Shown here one piece after another: positions 51,491 through 64,000 of a DNA stretch of 64,000 bases. Location: the NCBI GenBank assembly GCA_001949185.1, contig BDGG01000008.1:1990788-2054787 (forward strand). Direction: 5' to 3'. The notes below the pieces were generated by a model. It was not told where the DNA came from. It saw nothing but the letters and a program-made list of their open reading frames with translations, and made no database searches. How positions within the stretch are numbered: position 1 is the stretch's first letter; every line of letters starts with the position of its first letter. Made by a program: the position numbers and the translations under genes. Source of the DNA: Ramazzottius varieornatus (Eukaryota > Animalia > Tardigrada).

Positions 51491-54234
51491 CAACACATGA
51501 CCTGAATTTTGCTCTGTGCAAAGCCATGCTCGTCGACTTGGGAAAAGCCCAAACCACACCTGCGTTCCCTTGAAGTTTGTCGTGAAAAGTTATTTCTGGA
51601 CCGCTGAAGATAAATCAGACACCTGGCCGACCGGAATCTTCGGGAAGTATACGCGGCTGGCCTAATCATTGGGATGGACAAAGTCATTGGCAGCCGGTTA
51701 AAAGCGGCAACGCTCATTAGTTTTAGCTGGCCACTGCCGGTTTCGGCCGGTTGCTCACGCTGTTGTCCATGCGAATGATTAGGCCACCCACATGCACTTA
51801 GTACGAGGAACAAGGCCTAACTTTTCTAACTCGCCAAACTGGTTACAACTTTTCTAACTATCGAATTTCTCAAAAACCATCAGGTATTGAAATTCCAAAT
51901 TAATTCAAAAGAATCTCCAACAACCTTGCTCCATTCTGCGCCAGACAGAAGTAGGGAACATCGGAAGCTCGTGACGAGAGAAATTCCAGAGAGGAAGCCA
52001 TTCGAAGGTGGCATCCGATATTAGGGAGCACTCTTTCTGCAGAGGGCAGAACTAGCCAAGCCAGGTGAATCACATATGTGTCAGACCGAGCAGAGTCACA
52101 CATTTCTAAAAGTGTGCCCACGATTAATGATGACGCAGCACAGCCATTTTTATCCGAACTCGGAATGGCTACAACTCAGCTAGCTTCCGAACGAAAACAC
52201 ATTGCTTTGACAGATTGTCTTCGGTGGCGCATGACGTTACCGGAAGAGGCTGAGAAAGTGACGGTTGTTTGGGTGAAATGCCTCTTCACAGCCAGAATTT
52301 TCCTCCCATCTTCCCTTTCCAGAATAAGAAAACGAGCTTCTAGCTAGAAATTTTTACTAGAAGTGGTGAAAGCGGTCCACGCTGCGCGAAGATGTGTCGA
52401 TATCCATATCTGTTGGCAAACCGTGCGGAATTTCTGTGATGGACTTGCCGATCGCTGAATCAAGGCCTAAACTGAACTGTGAATGCTAACTGCCTAAAAC
52501 TTTGCTAACTTCTGCTCAGCCGCCCGCTGGTTGTAGTCTGGATTCGCAGTGGGCAGCGCTACCTTCAGAATCTGGCTTAGCATAGTAAGCTCGTTAGAAA
52601 AGTTGGGCTTCCATCATCGTTCTGTATACGAACAACCAGCTTAAGAACATCAAGTACGCTCAATCCACCGCAACTAATAGATCAACTGCTTTGGTCCGTC
52701 GTAAAGATCACGCAGAAGAAAGGCTTTGGGTTAATTAAACGCATCCACTCATTACCTCTAGTCAACCCTACCTATCTATATGTACCATTTTTAGTCCTAA
52801 CATCATCTTACAAACTCTCCAATACGGTAAATCTCCATCTGAGATGTCGCAGTGGAAGTACATCCCGAAGTTCAACATGACCGTTACTGCCAAGACCACT
52901 GTCAACCTTCCAGTATGCGGCCACTTCTACTCCAGCTCGTCATCTCCGAAGACTCCGGTCTCTCTACCAACGATCAGCCATTTGAAAACAACGTTCTAGA
53001 CGACTATTACAGTAAGCTGATCCAAATAGAAAACAAAAACCGTGTCGACCAAAACGCACGTGAGTTATCATACAAAATATTAACTAATTACAGATAACAG
53101 TTAGGATCAGTCCCACAACGTGAATTAAACCTTGTGACAGGTTTCCTGGTTGCAATTGAGAACGTCGAAAACCTCAATCGCCAAATCAGAGGACGAGAAT
53201 ACCGTCAAATATCTCTGCGAGATGAATCTTTAGATGAGAGCGATGAAAGCCGAAAATCAAGCGACGACTTCTTTGTTATAGGCCATCATCTTTACCAAGG
53301 ACAAGTTCGAACATCAAGTCGTTGTCATTACCGGACTACGAATTCAAGGACCCACTAACAATCTTGAGAATATTCCTTCTAAGTTCATGTGGTTCTATAA
53401 TCATGATGCCCCGACCACTGAACTGAAAGAATGGGTCGCTGAACAACTGCCTGGACCTCAGTAACTTTCTATACAGCAACTGACGATGTATACAGCGATC
53501 TGACGGATATCGAGACTTCTCTGGCAACCGTGGTACCGTGCTCGTGTGTAACAAACTGTACCGAAGGGGACCCGTAGTGTAAAGTAGATGTGTGCAGATG
53601 TACATAATGTCCTTCATGCTGAATACATGTACATGCGTCTTCGCCACGGCTTGCGAAGCAGGAACGCGGGTGCGCCGAGTGTACATGGGTTCGCGACATT
53701 TCGATATCGTCTCGGTTCGTAGCATCTCAAGTTGCTGCATAAAAGATGATGGTACAGCACTATACTGTTCCTTCGTGCTGCTCTGGCCGCACTGTTGAGT
53801 TTGTGAGGCACGTTTCTGTACGCGGGTAGCAGGAAGGCACTCAGTTCCCGAGATAAATATTCACAAGTGTACTGTCCGTATGTGCGTCTCTTTTCTGATT
53901 GTCGAGTGCATCAACTGAACAAATCAAAGCTGCACCGTTCTCATATCAATTTGCAAAGGTTGCTGACTACGGCATTGTTTTTCTGACAGAAACTGGCATC
54001 CTGATGCACTTTGACACCCTGAGTACTACCCCCGCAAGTTATTAAATGCTGCTTACGACTCGAACTGGCCACTGGATCGTATCGAATTTGTTACGCGCAA
54101 TATCCAGAACGACCTGCGCACACGTATACCCTACGCTGTTAACCGCCAAAGCTCTCTCAACACGGAAGGGTAGAGGTTTCTTCGGTTTGAACGGTCGAGC
54201 TTCTGGTTTTTTTTGCATTAAATGATTTCTTCTT

Positions 54235-56948
54235 ATGGATGGTCAGTGTCGTAACGAGTTGGGAAGGTTCCCCGTAGACGCGTATCTGAACATTACATGT
54301 GAGTCTGCCCTCGAGATTCGAAAAGCAGTTCTGTAATTTGTAATCAACGTGTCGCAAGTGTTCTTCTCCAGGTGCGCTGTGCTACATCTACACCTTCCAT
54401 TCCACCGATCCTCTCCTGTACCCTCTAACTTACGAGTCGGAAAGACTGCTACGCTACCTTTCCCCGGATAACGTTACCGAAGACCGGATATTACCTCCTG
54501 CGGCGTCCACACTAGACTCGCCCGTCTACAGGTACGGGTTTCCGGAATGGCACTTGGAACGCGATAGCAATACCTGGAATCGGTGTTGTCAAGCGGCAGT
54601 CAAGTGCTGTTATGAGCAACTCGAGCGGAAAAATGAGGTATCCTCCGGATGTCCTATGACGTGGGATGGATGGCAATGTTGGCCCACGTCGCCTCAAGGC
54701 TCAATAACAAAGCAATCGTGCCCTAGCCACATCAATCCATCTTCCCTACCTGTGTATTCTGGTACGATTGAAGTCAAAACTGATAAGATTTTCTGATAAG
54801 ATTGTGCAATAGGACTTTATTCAGCTACAGCAAGTGGATCGCCTTCAAATGATATAACGCAGATCGTCTCAAGTGGCGTACATTGCATTCCTATTGGCTG
54901 GAAGCATGCGCCAGTTGGGAAAACGAATTCTTCTACCGCCGTCCCATTCACTAGGCTTCTTGTAAATACAATGTATATGTGTGACAGGGTTTGCAGAAAA
55001 GACCTGCTTGGACAATGGCGAATGGTTTCGGTTGGACGAGGAAGACTCACAGCTGGGCTACAACTTATCCAGGAACTCATGGACAAACTACACCAGTTGT
55101 TTCTCTGTAACGCCACTTGAAAATCGATCTCGAGTGCAAATTTTCTGCTATTCAGTCTCAATTATCTTCCTCGTTCCGGCCTTCTTAATGTTTGCTTGCT
55201 GCAAGTAAGTGGCGCTGAGTGCAGTATGAATTACCGTTGTTAAGTTGATCTAGTAGTCATTTACAGGCAGCTACGACAACATCAAAGAAACGTTATCCAC
55301 GCACATTTCTTCCTGTCGCTGTTGGTTAACGCCATCATGCTGATCATCTTTCAAAGTTTAGTCACCCAGGAACTTCTACACGATCCAGAAGCCTTTATCA
55401 ACAACAAATTCCTTTCTGTCGAATGCCGACTCATCTATGCGTTCACCATGTATCTTCGACTCTGCAACTATTGCTGGATGTTTTGTGAAGGTAAAGAAAA
55501 CACGCTGGAAGAAACCTGAGCAGAGCTGCATCACACCAAAACTTTACGTAACACAAGCATTGCCTCTTTTGATTTCAAAGGTCTGTTTCTTCTCCGTCAC
55601 CTTCGACATGTGTTCATGCAGGACCAATGGCTACTGTCATATTACGCGATGGGATGGGGTGAGTTTGTACCCTCCTTTCGCAATTTGTAAAGACGAGGCG
55701 GCATTTTTTTAAAACCATCTCAATCACAGCGTGATCACATCCCACTCTTCAATCGATTAGCGACAAGTAACAAGGGTGGAAAACAACTTCGTCATCTGAG
55801 ACGACGGCACGATCAATCTCAGTTAGTCTGAAAGTCTTCCAATTACAGGATTACCGGGAATACCGGTGGGTCTCTACATTTCACGACGGTTTCCGGAAAC
55901 GGGGTGTGTAAACATTACCTCGTGACCTACGCGATTCTATCAAGTTATCCGCAATGGCAAACGCCACATTTCATGATTTATTGTAGCTGTTGGATAGCAC
56001 CAAGTGAAGGCCTGGAGTGGATATTGAAAAGTCCTGCGCTGCTCGTCCTCTCGGTACGCTGTGTGTGCTTCCGTGTTCTTGACTGTCATCTTCGTCAGAT
56101 CGCTGAAGTCTTTCCTCTTATTAGCATAGACTCACTTTGTTTTGCTTTGTAGCTGAATTTCTGCTTCCTTGTGTACATCTTGACGTTACTGGTGCGGAAA
56201 CCCCAGCAACATTACGGCAACGTCGTACTAGCAAAACTAAAGTGCGCACCCGCGCTGTTCGCCTTCTTTCTTTTTCGTATATCTCACAGTGGCAAGAGGG
56301 CTTACGATCCGTCTTTTTCTCGTTGCAGAGCGAGTACGAGGGCTATTCTGGTCCTCTTTCCCCTTTTCGGTCTGCATTTCGGTTTTACCGGCTACAGACC
56401 GTCTGATACCTGCGGCATGCAATGGTATTTTTACCTGAACAACGCATTGGATGGATTACAGGGATTATGGGTTGCCCTCGTATTTTGCTACTTCAACAGC
56501 GAGGTGTGTCCGAAGGACCTTCAAGAGCAATAGTCCCATCCTGGCTTCCACTGGTGACTTGTCTTGTTTGCAGGTCGCTGCTCTTCTCATGTCAACCACA
56601 AGGATTCTACGTGACCGAGCAACGCTTGGACGCTCTCTCAGTCTCAACAGCGCAGGATCGGTTACATACACTGCGGGTTTTTCGCTAGGTGGCGCACGGT
56701 ACAACGCCGCTGCTCGAATGGTCAAATCTCCAAGTACGGAAACCCGGATCACGCACTCGAACAGTGTTGTTGAGAGCATCAAGATATCTCCAAGAAAGCA
56801 CACACGAGTAAAGATATGTCGGTATGAGTCTCTTATGAGAAAGCAGAAGGCTCCCAAGCGCCAGACCGGAGTGCTTTCGAGTTCGACTCCAAATAAATCG
56901 GAAGATGGTCCTCTGAATCCAACGGCCAACCGGGATTCTGCTGTCTAG
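54235..56948 (+). CDS. Class B (secretin-family) GPCR, calcitonin/CGRP-receptor-like; 5' end uncertain
   Basis: Hormone-receptor domain CPMTWDGWQCWP...KTCLDNGEW...WTNYTSC; RNVIHAHFFLS; YLRLCNYCWMFCEG; YYAMGWG; LNFCFLVYIL; RAILVLFPLFGLHF; LQGLWVALVFCYFNSEV. About 10 exons join in frame with GT-AG introns. Confidence 0.92.
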
Positions 56949-58804
56949 AGAGGATAGAAAATTAAACTGTGATCGGGCACTTTCTTGCCTGGGGAGCTGG
57001 GACGCTCAGCGCTGGTGTTCCGTATTAAACTTTCGAGAAAACAAGGACAGAAGATTTTGTAGAGCTACCGTATCTACTGTTGCACGAACGATTTCAGTGG
57101 AGCTGATGTGAAACTACTGTAGCCGGGTCGCCAACTGGGAGTCGCAATAATGTCACAAAGGTTCGCGACCGTTTGCCCTTTCGCTACCACGACTCAAGGC
57201 TCTACTTTTGGCGGCCTCGGTAAAACAAAAGTCAGTCTGACTCAATCAGTCGCTCAGTAGATTCTCCTTTGAGATTGCTCCATACTCGACGCTGTTTGTG
57301 TCGGTTCTGACCCTTCTGTCCCCATTTTCTTCTTTCATTTCTTCTCTCAATATTAGCAGTCTACCATCTTCGGACTTATCCGAAAGCTAAATTCAAAGAC
57401 TTTGCAAACATGGACTGCCACGACAGCCTGCACAGCGAGATCTCAGTCCGTCTCTCCTTCTCCAGAATGTTCGACGCACAGAAGAAGCAGCTGGAGGCCA
57501 GCTTGAGTAGCATGCCTAACTGGTGCTGTGTTCCCGCGAAAGTTTCGCTCAGTCACGTGGCTTACCCTTAAATCACACCTGTGAAAATTTTGCTGCAAAA
57601 TAGACTGATTGTCTGATTGTCGCCCATCGCTTTTCCACTTGTTGCAATTATTTTCTGATTTCCTAACCGGAAACACATGTTTTAGCTAGTCAGGTGGAGA
57701 TTTTGAATAGCACTGATTATCTGGAGCAGTCTTTCGAGTGTAGTTTCAGTTCGGTTCAAGATATTTTCACGGAAGAATAAAGCGGGTGGTAATTGATTGG
57801 CGTGTGGTTTTGACTGAAGACCCAGATCTGTTTCTGTCCCTGCCAGGTATGATTTACGGGCAGGCACGTGACTGCGTGAAACTTTCCCGGGAATATAGTA
57901 TGTCCAAGGACATTCTTCACTCCTGACAAGGACGCCAAAGGCCATCTCATCAAAATGGTAAAGCTAGCCGTCACTATGGATGATCTCACGGAGGATAAGT
58001 TGCAACGCAGGCACCATCTGCTGAACTCTGCGGCTGCGCAATGACGCGGCCTGATCCTGAGGTAGGCGTGAGTTTAACGCAGACCTGTCATAGCCAAAGT
58101 TTGGCTAGAGCCAATTGCTACTTCTGAAGTACCCATGGCTAGTTGAAGAGTAGCCATTGGCTACTTACAAAGCAGCCAATTATATATGCGGGTAGTGATC
58201 AGGGCAAACCGAAAATTTTTCCGGTTTTAAGTTCTACTTGAATTTAGGCTGATGGATCTCGGCCTTACTATGGTTTTTTCCGACGTTAGCTTAGATTCCC
58301 CAACTTTCTGCATCAGCGGCTTGGTCTAACTCGAAAGATCAGTTTTCTAAATTCAAAAATCGTCTTGCGAAAGGATGAAGAAGAGCAGTTCGTGCGCTAC
58401 TTTTCGCGTTGAGCCGTTGAAGTTTTGGTTCGGAACTCCGGATATTCTTATCAAAGATGGGATATTTGGCTAGTTTCTGAACGTTAGGACTTTCTCGTAA
58501 AAATTGTGACTGATCATAGAACTTTTGAAGGCGACCGACTTTTCAGAAAAAGTTGAGACAAGTTTGCTTCGCCGCACTGTAGAACCTTTGACTCCATCCT
58601 TATCGATTCGATTAAACTTAAAAAAATAACCGACTGTTCCGTTCTTCTTAAATTCTGGTATCAAGAAAGAAATGTAAGCATCATTACCATCCGAAACAGT
58701 AGAACAGGTATAACGGTTAAAAAAAGAATCTAGCAGACTATCACAAGAGAAATACGTCTAGCGCCAGAAGCCCACATTGTGGTTCAGTTTCGTCAAGACA
58801 AGCC

Positions 58805-61043
58805 TTAGGGCTGACGGATGGCGATCAGAGTGGCGGACGGGACAAGGCCTGAAAGGAACAGAAATTCAGAGCAGCTGTCTGCGAGAAAAGCAAAACATTC
58901 ATATCTTTTGGTATGTAAGAGATACAGTCCGCTCGCACCAACTTGCTACCGCTCACAAAATCCAGTCTGTCTAGAGTGGATCAGTGTTCCACTTCCAAAC
59001 CAGTTTTCCCTGGCATAAAACCTTCTAGCTATCTCGTGGAGAAGCTGTTGGCCAGAAATCTTCTCCCAAAAAGTCACGAGCGACATTAAACTCGGGGACG
59101 TGAAGAGTGGAAAATGCACCAACTTTTGCCGTTTCTTGGACCGTTTCTGAACAAATTATTTTTTAGTTTTCCGTCAATATCTCGCGGTACCGTTATTCAT
59201 AACGATTCGAACAACAACCGAGCCACAGGAACAGAGATTGGAAGAATAAATCTGCCGTTCTGGATTAGTGCTGGAGATTCTGCCACAAACGAGTTTCCTC
59301 GGCAAAACGGTCAAATCCGACGGTTATAAATCTTTTGCCAAGTTCGTTCGGACCTTTCGTACCCTTTCTCGATTTTTTGTATGTCTGTTTTTATTCATTT
59401 AGGCAAGAAAACCCAAACCTGGAATTCGGCAGACTGCATTTGACCTGCGGCGGGAGGTCTTCCCCACCGGAAGTCATGCTTGTCAAGTTATCCAAGCTGC
59501 TAGTCAGTATTAAAAAAAAAATCATAGCTCAATCAAAGCAGCTTGAAAATTTGTATGGAGGAAGTGAGAGCATTAATGAGAATGTAGCAGTTCGAATTTT
59601 TGCTCACCGAGATGGCCGGTGGTAGCAAGTTGGTGCGAGCGGGTGTACTTACCGAGGGACGATAGAGGAGCATCCATGTCCTCATCTGTAAACTTTCTCA
59701 TTGGAAAGTTGGTCTGGAAGCCAAAGTCACCAGTCTCTCCATCCTGGCGATTCATTTTACAGTACAGACGGACGGCACTGAGAGGTTCCTGTGCACCGAA
59801 CTTTTGAACTATCGACTTCCCATCCAGCATTCGAACCTACAAACGGGAAGGTCTCTTAGACAATCACACACAGCTAGGACAATCCGGAGATGTAAGCCAA
59901 GAGTATTCTGAGCTTGAACTGGAATTCGTGAATTGGCAGGGAGCTCGGCAACAAAGTTGACAAACTGTTTTTCCAAGTGGCTCACGTTTACGGTGTTGCT
60001 GGCTGAAAGTGTGCGCTATTCGACGAAACGATCTGGTCGTGTTTGCTTGCCGACCTCCATTTGCCGCACTGGGAGATTCCGCGAAAGGGAGATCATACCT
60101 GGATACGAGTTTCCGACGCGCTGCTTCCTGAGGTAGGAGAGGTGAAAGAAGCAATAGAGACCACAGGTTGAGGTAAGGGAGTTCCAGCAGCCGCAGCTTT
60201 GGCAGACGCCTATCAAAAAATGAAAAACCATCACAGCGGCTTAATCTTATTTTGAATTAGAAATCCGAAAGTAGTATATTTTACCTCTTCGGCTTTCTTC
60301 CGCGCGCGATCTTCGGCAATGATGTTTTTTATTCGTTCTTTGGCTTTGCGGTCCTCTTCCTTCTCCCGTCGACGTTCCTCGGCGATCTGCTGCATTTCCA
60401 ATCTCTGGGCCTTCTCCTTAGCCTCCAAGATTTCCTTCCCCGACGATCGTCGTTGCTTCTCTCGTTCCAGCTCCAGCTTCTTCTCATTCTCTTCACGCTC
60501 GATACGCAACTGAACGCGACGCTGCTCTAACTTCTCCGCTTGAGCTTTTCGTTCTTCGTCCGTCAACGGGGGTAGTTTGATGGTCGATTCGGTCGGCGCC
60601 GCTACTGCGAAATAAAAACAAAATCATAACAGCTCGAACATAGTTCCGAAAAATGCCCCAACTTTAATATGTTAAAATTCCTATCATTTCTATATCTCAC
60701 CAGGCTCATCCACACCTGTCCCATCGTCATCAGGATGTGAGAGAATCCTACCAAATAAAACAACACCCTTCTCATTCTACTCTCGAATATTCGCAAACGA
60801 ATCCCAATGCTGAACTCGCGAATGTTGTTTTTCGTTTCAAGTGAATCATTTACCATTCCATCGCCGCTTCCAGTCCCATATTTCCCGTCACGCGAAGAGC
60901 CTTCTGACTAAAAACAGACACGAGTCTCCGCTACACTTCCCCTTTCGGCATTTCATAGAAAGGATGAGAATCCCTTACGCTTTAGCTTCAGGAAAGCCCA
61001 TCTCCATTAGGAAGCCAATGTTCGGATCACCAGCAGCACTCAT
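58805..61043 (-). CDS. UBXN1: UBX domain-containing protein 1 (UBA, coiled coil, UBX; p97/VCP adaptor)
   Basis: MSAAGDPNIGFLMEMGFPEAKA/QKALRVTGNMGLEAAMEW (UBA); EREKQRRSSGKE...IAEDRARKK; VRMLDGKSIVQKFGAQEPLSAVRLY...TNFPMRKF...LG; last exon GLVPSATLIAIRQP* (58848-58805). Confidence 0.93.
58925..59645. mobile_element. TA-flanked non-autonomous element filling the last UBXN1 intron
   Basis: ta|cagtccgctcgcaccaacttgctacc ... ggtagcaagttggtgcgagcgggtg|ta. Confidence 0.85.
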
Positions 61044-61261
61044 GGTTCCGCTTGATTACTTGATGGGGCTCACTCGACCGGACTACTTCTCGCCACTTTC
61101 GTAGAGTGAAGCGCGCGGGTCTGGGATGTCCAACGCCTCCAATGCCGAGAATGCAATTGACCAAGATTCTCCAGTCCACGGCGGGGAAGACCGGAGTATC
61201 AACACATTACAAAGAAAGTTTGGGGAGACTCGAAAGAGTCGACTCAGTCGACTGTTGTGGG

Positions 61262-61687
61262 TAATGATGAGCATTACATTTTACATTACAATTACACTTT
61301 TACACGACATTACAATCACCGGAAAGTTGTAATGTAAATGTAAAATGTAATTACAATTTTTGAAAGCCGAAATCTGCGGTATTTTGAGTATTTTGCCGCT
61401 GGAAATCTAAAATTTGGCTGACTTACGTGCGAAAATGTCACAAACCTCCTGAATATGGTCATTTTGTAACCGTATTTTCATCTATTTCTGGAAGACAATT
61501 ACTAAGATCTATATTTTATGCAAACGCAGACATAGCTGGTTTATCGTTCTCGTCGTTCCCTACCACTTTTAACCGCCAGGTTTATAAAATATAAACTGGT
61601 GTAAAATGTAGTTAAACTTTTACAATTACACTATTTTACATTACAATTTACATTACCCGGACCATCTACGTGTAAAGCTCATCATTA
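61262..61687. mobile_element. hAT-like MITE upstream of UBXN1
   Basis: TIR taatgatgagc.ttaca / tgtaaagctcatcatta; many ttaca/tgtaa subterminal motifs; degenerate 8-bp target duplication gttgtggg/gctgtgga. Confidence 0.8.
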
Positions 61688-64000
61688 GCTGTGGACCAAA
61701 AAACAGTAGTAAAATCGGCTTTTTTGCATTTTTTGGCGGGATTCTAAAGTTTTTCGGTTGAATCTCCGTAAAAATACGACGTTTACGATGTGTTTGACAC
61801 GCATTTCCGTTGGGGGCAGAAACTCTTAATTTTTAAATGCAGTGCAGTGCAGTTGCAGTTTTGAAAACAGCACAGAATTGCAGGTGCCGTGCAGAAGCAC
61901 CACTGGTTTCAGCTACTGCTGCGGGGCTCTAGTGGACGGGTGATTTATTCAGCACTGTAGCACTGAATATTTTAGCCTTGGCCACACCCGCGTTTTACTA
62001 CGCCGCCCACCGATGACGTCACAGGTTCATCCTGATTGGTCGGTTTCAGAACTTGCCAAAAATTCAATAATGTTCCTGCGTGCTTCATGTGACATGGTGA
62101 TCACGAAAAGAACAGGATCAGATTGATTAAATCATGGTGAACGTTAGGAAGGTGGAATTCCAAACGCAGCGGTTTTATGAGTACAAAACGAATCTTTCTA
62201 TTTTTCTCACACCATAGCGAGCAAAAAAGATATCATTGGAAGATTATATTCTTAGTTACACAAGATATTTGACCCGAAACAAAGTATTTGGTTCTGTGCT
62301 TTCCCGAACTGTTCCGTGGCCGGATGTATGAGTTCACAGTGGGAAACACAGCAAACAACGCTCTGGTTCATATGGGCAGAGCACCAACCAAACAAGAAGG
62401 AAGGGGGTATGGAAGCACTTCTTTCGCGAAGAAGTGACGCTACATGCAGATGAGAGAACTTCAGATTTTGGCTAGCGTAGAATACTACCATCGCGTTGGA
62501 TAGGATAAACAGAACTGGTTACCGTTTACCTCTTACCAAACCCTGGTTACGCACCCGACAATCTGCGGGTTACGACGAACATCCCCGAAAAACCATTGGA
62601 TCACACGCTTACATACTGGCACCCCACCGACGAGGGGGTAGCGTCGACCTGGTCACGGGCTATACAGAATCATGATAAACGAAGCTTTGTAGTTCAATAG
62701 CCGTCCGTGGGTTGCTACACGGTGGTGACAACTCGTGATCCACGTCATGTTGAGCCATACTGACGGTCACTGCGGTTTTCTGGCTGACCGGAAGACTAGG
62801 GCGCTCCTGACCGGTGATTACATATAAGCTCCATCGCATGGTGCACAGCCACGTCTTCGCTGAGTAAGCCTTTTTGGCTCCTTAAAGGAACTTGATTCGA
62901 TTTAAGCCATTCGGGAGTCCTCATGCGCCGTCCTTGTTTATTGGTTAACGGTATGTGCCTTCTCAGTCGAGGTCGCGCGTTGGACAAAACTGATGTTTCA
63001 GGATGGTCTTTCAGACAACGTCGCCGCCTTGAATAGTTGTTTACGATACAAGAGCTTCCGAATCATGTTTCTTGCGTATGGAATTCGCACTCAGATTGGT
63101 GCTTCACAGATTCTCCGAGGCGGAGATTACGGTATAACCGATAACATGCGCGTTGTTTGAGATCGGTTGGTTTTTGAGTAGGAGGCCATAATTTTTCTGA
63201 GTTGATGCATCGGTTTTGTTGCGGTTTTGGGCAGCCGATGATCAGCCAACCATTCGTTACAGTGGTCGGTGAGTCTTGAAGGCATGTATTTGAATATGCT
63301 TGGTGTATGGCAAAGGTCGATGAGAGACACGTATGAACTTCGCTCAACTTCCGTTAAAAATATCGTAATGCATCGTAATGAATGCAATGCATCGTAATAA
63401 TATAATCCAAATCACTTAGCGTTTTTTGCATGCAACACCATTACCAAACTTCTCCGCTCAGCGGAACGGCATTTACATGAGCCGGAGAAACCCCACCGTT
63501 GAAACTTTCGGAGGCCGCTGTAGCGAAAGCAGACGCCCGCTTCTGGAGCGCAAACGGGAAACACGCTGTGGATTCGGGTAGCTTTATGACGGTCCGGCAC
63601 TATATCGTTCGGCGTGCGACGTCACCCATCGTCCTGACGGTGGATCGCACTGCAATCGTTTGGCGAGCGAAAAAGTTTGCCACTATCATTCTTATTCTTT
63701 TACCACTTTAAACCGCATTGTTTGAATCTCCGTATGAGAGAAGTTTTGAACTACCTTCCCGCAACAAATCATCCACCAAAGAATTGATGTGCCACGCAAA
63801 ACAACTCAACTATGCCTCTTGTCTACCATGTTTCAACACCCACCAGCCAGAAAAGCCCAAACTGGAGCGGCCCAATCGTTCATCCGATGGATCGTTGAAC
63901 ACGACTGAGCGTAGGTATTGCCCAGTAACATGCGACGAATACTACTCGTGACCACCAGGCAGAAGCGATCCGGAGTCACCCGGCGAGCACAAGCCATGGC

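Noticed and set aside
57990-58057. Alternative last exon for UBXN1 (GSGRVIAQ...)
   Set aside because: The exon at 58848-58805 supplies the conserved GLVPSA terminus.
61700-64000. Short ORFs and CRE/CCAAT-like motifs at the window end
   Set aside because: No identifiable protein motifs, and the short DNA motifs are not significant on their own.

Overview
This window is eukaryotic genomic DNA with many short (about 60-100 nt) GT-AG introns and two N gaps. Intron size, composition and gene families suggest an ecdysozoan animal, probably a tardigrade such as Ramazzottius (inference, not verifiable here). Intact-looking genes, in order: the 5' end of an EamA/SLC35G-like transporter (-), a multi-exon receptor guanylyl cyclase whose cyclase domain has lost its catalytic residues (+), TMEM245 (-) head-to-head with eIF2B-epsilon (+), a Cys-rich class B calcitonin-receptor-like GPCR (+) and UBXN1 (-). 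Decaying genes: a secreted Gly/Ser-rich protein, a gustatory-receptor-like gene and an SLC16/MCT transporter. The MCT is split by a 1,342-bp DIRS/Ngaro-type gag fragment, flanked by an exact 35-bp duplication and fused in frame to the rest of the transporter exon; this is the most unusual structure found. Introns and intergenic DNA are dense with MITEs (TA, 8-bp and possibly 2-bp target duplications), two degraded DD37D (maT) mariner-type transposases and a LINE relic. No CRISPR, rRNA or tRNA was recognised. Exon boundaries were read by eye and may be off by a few bases.
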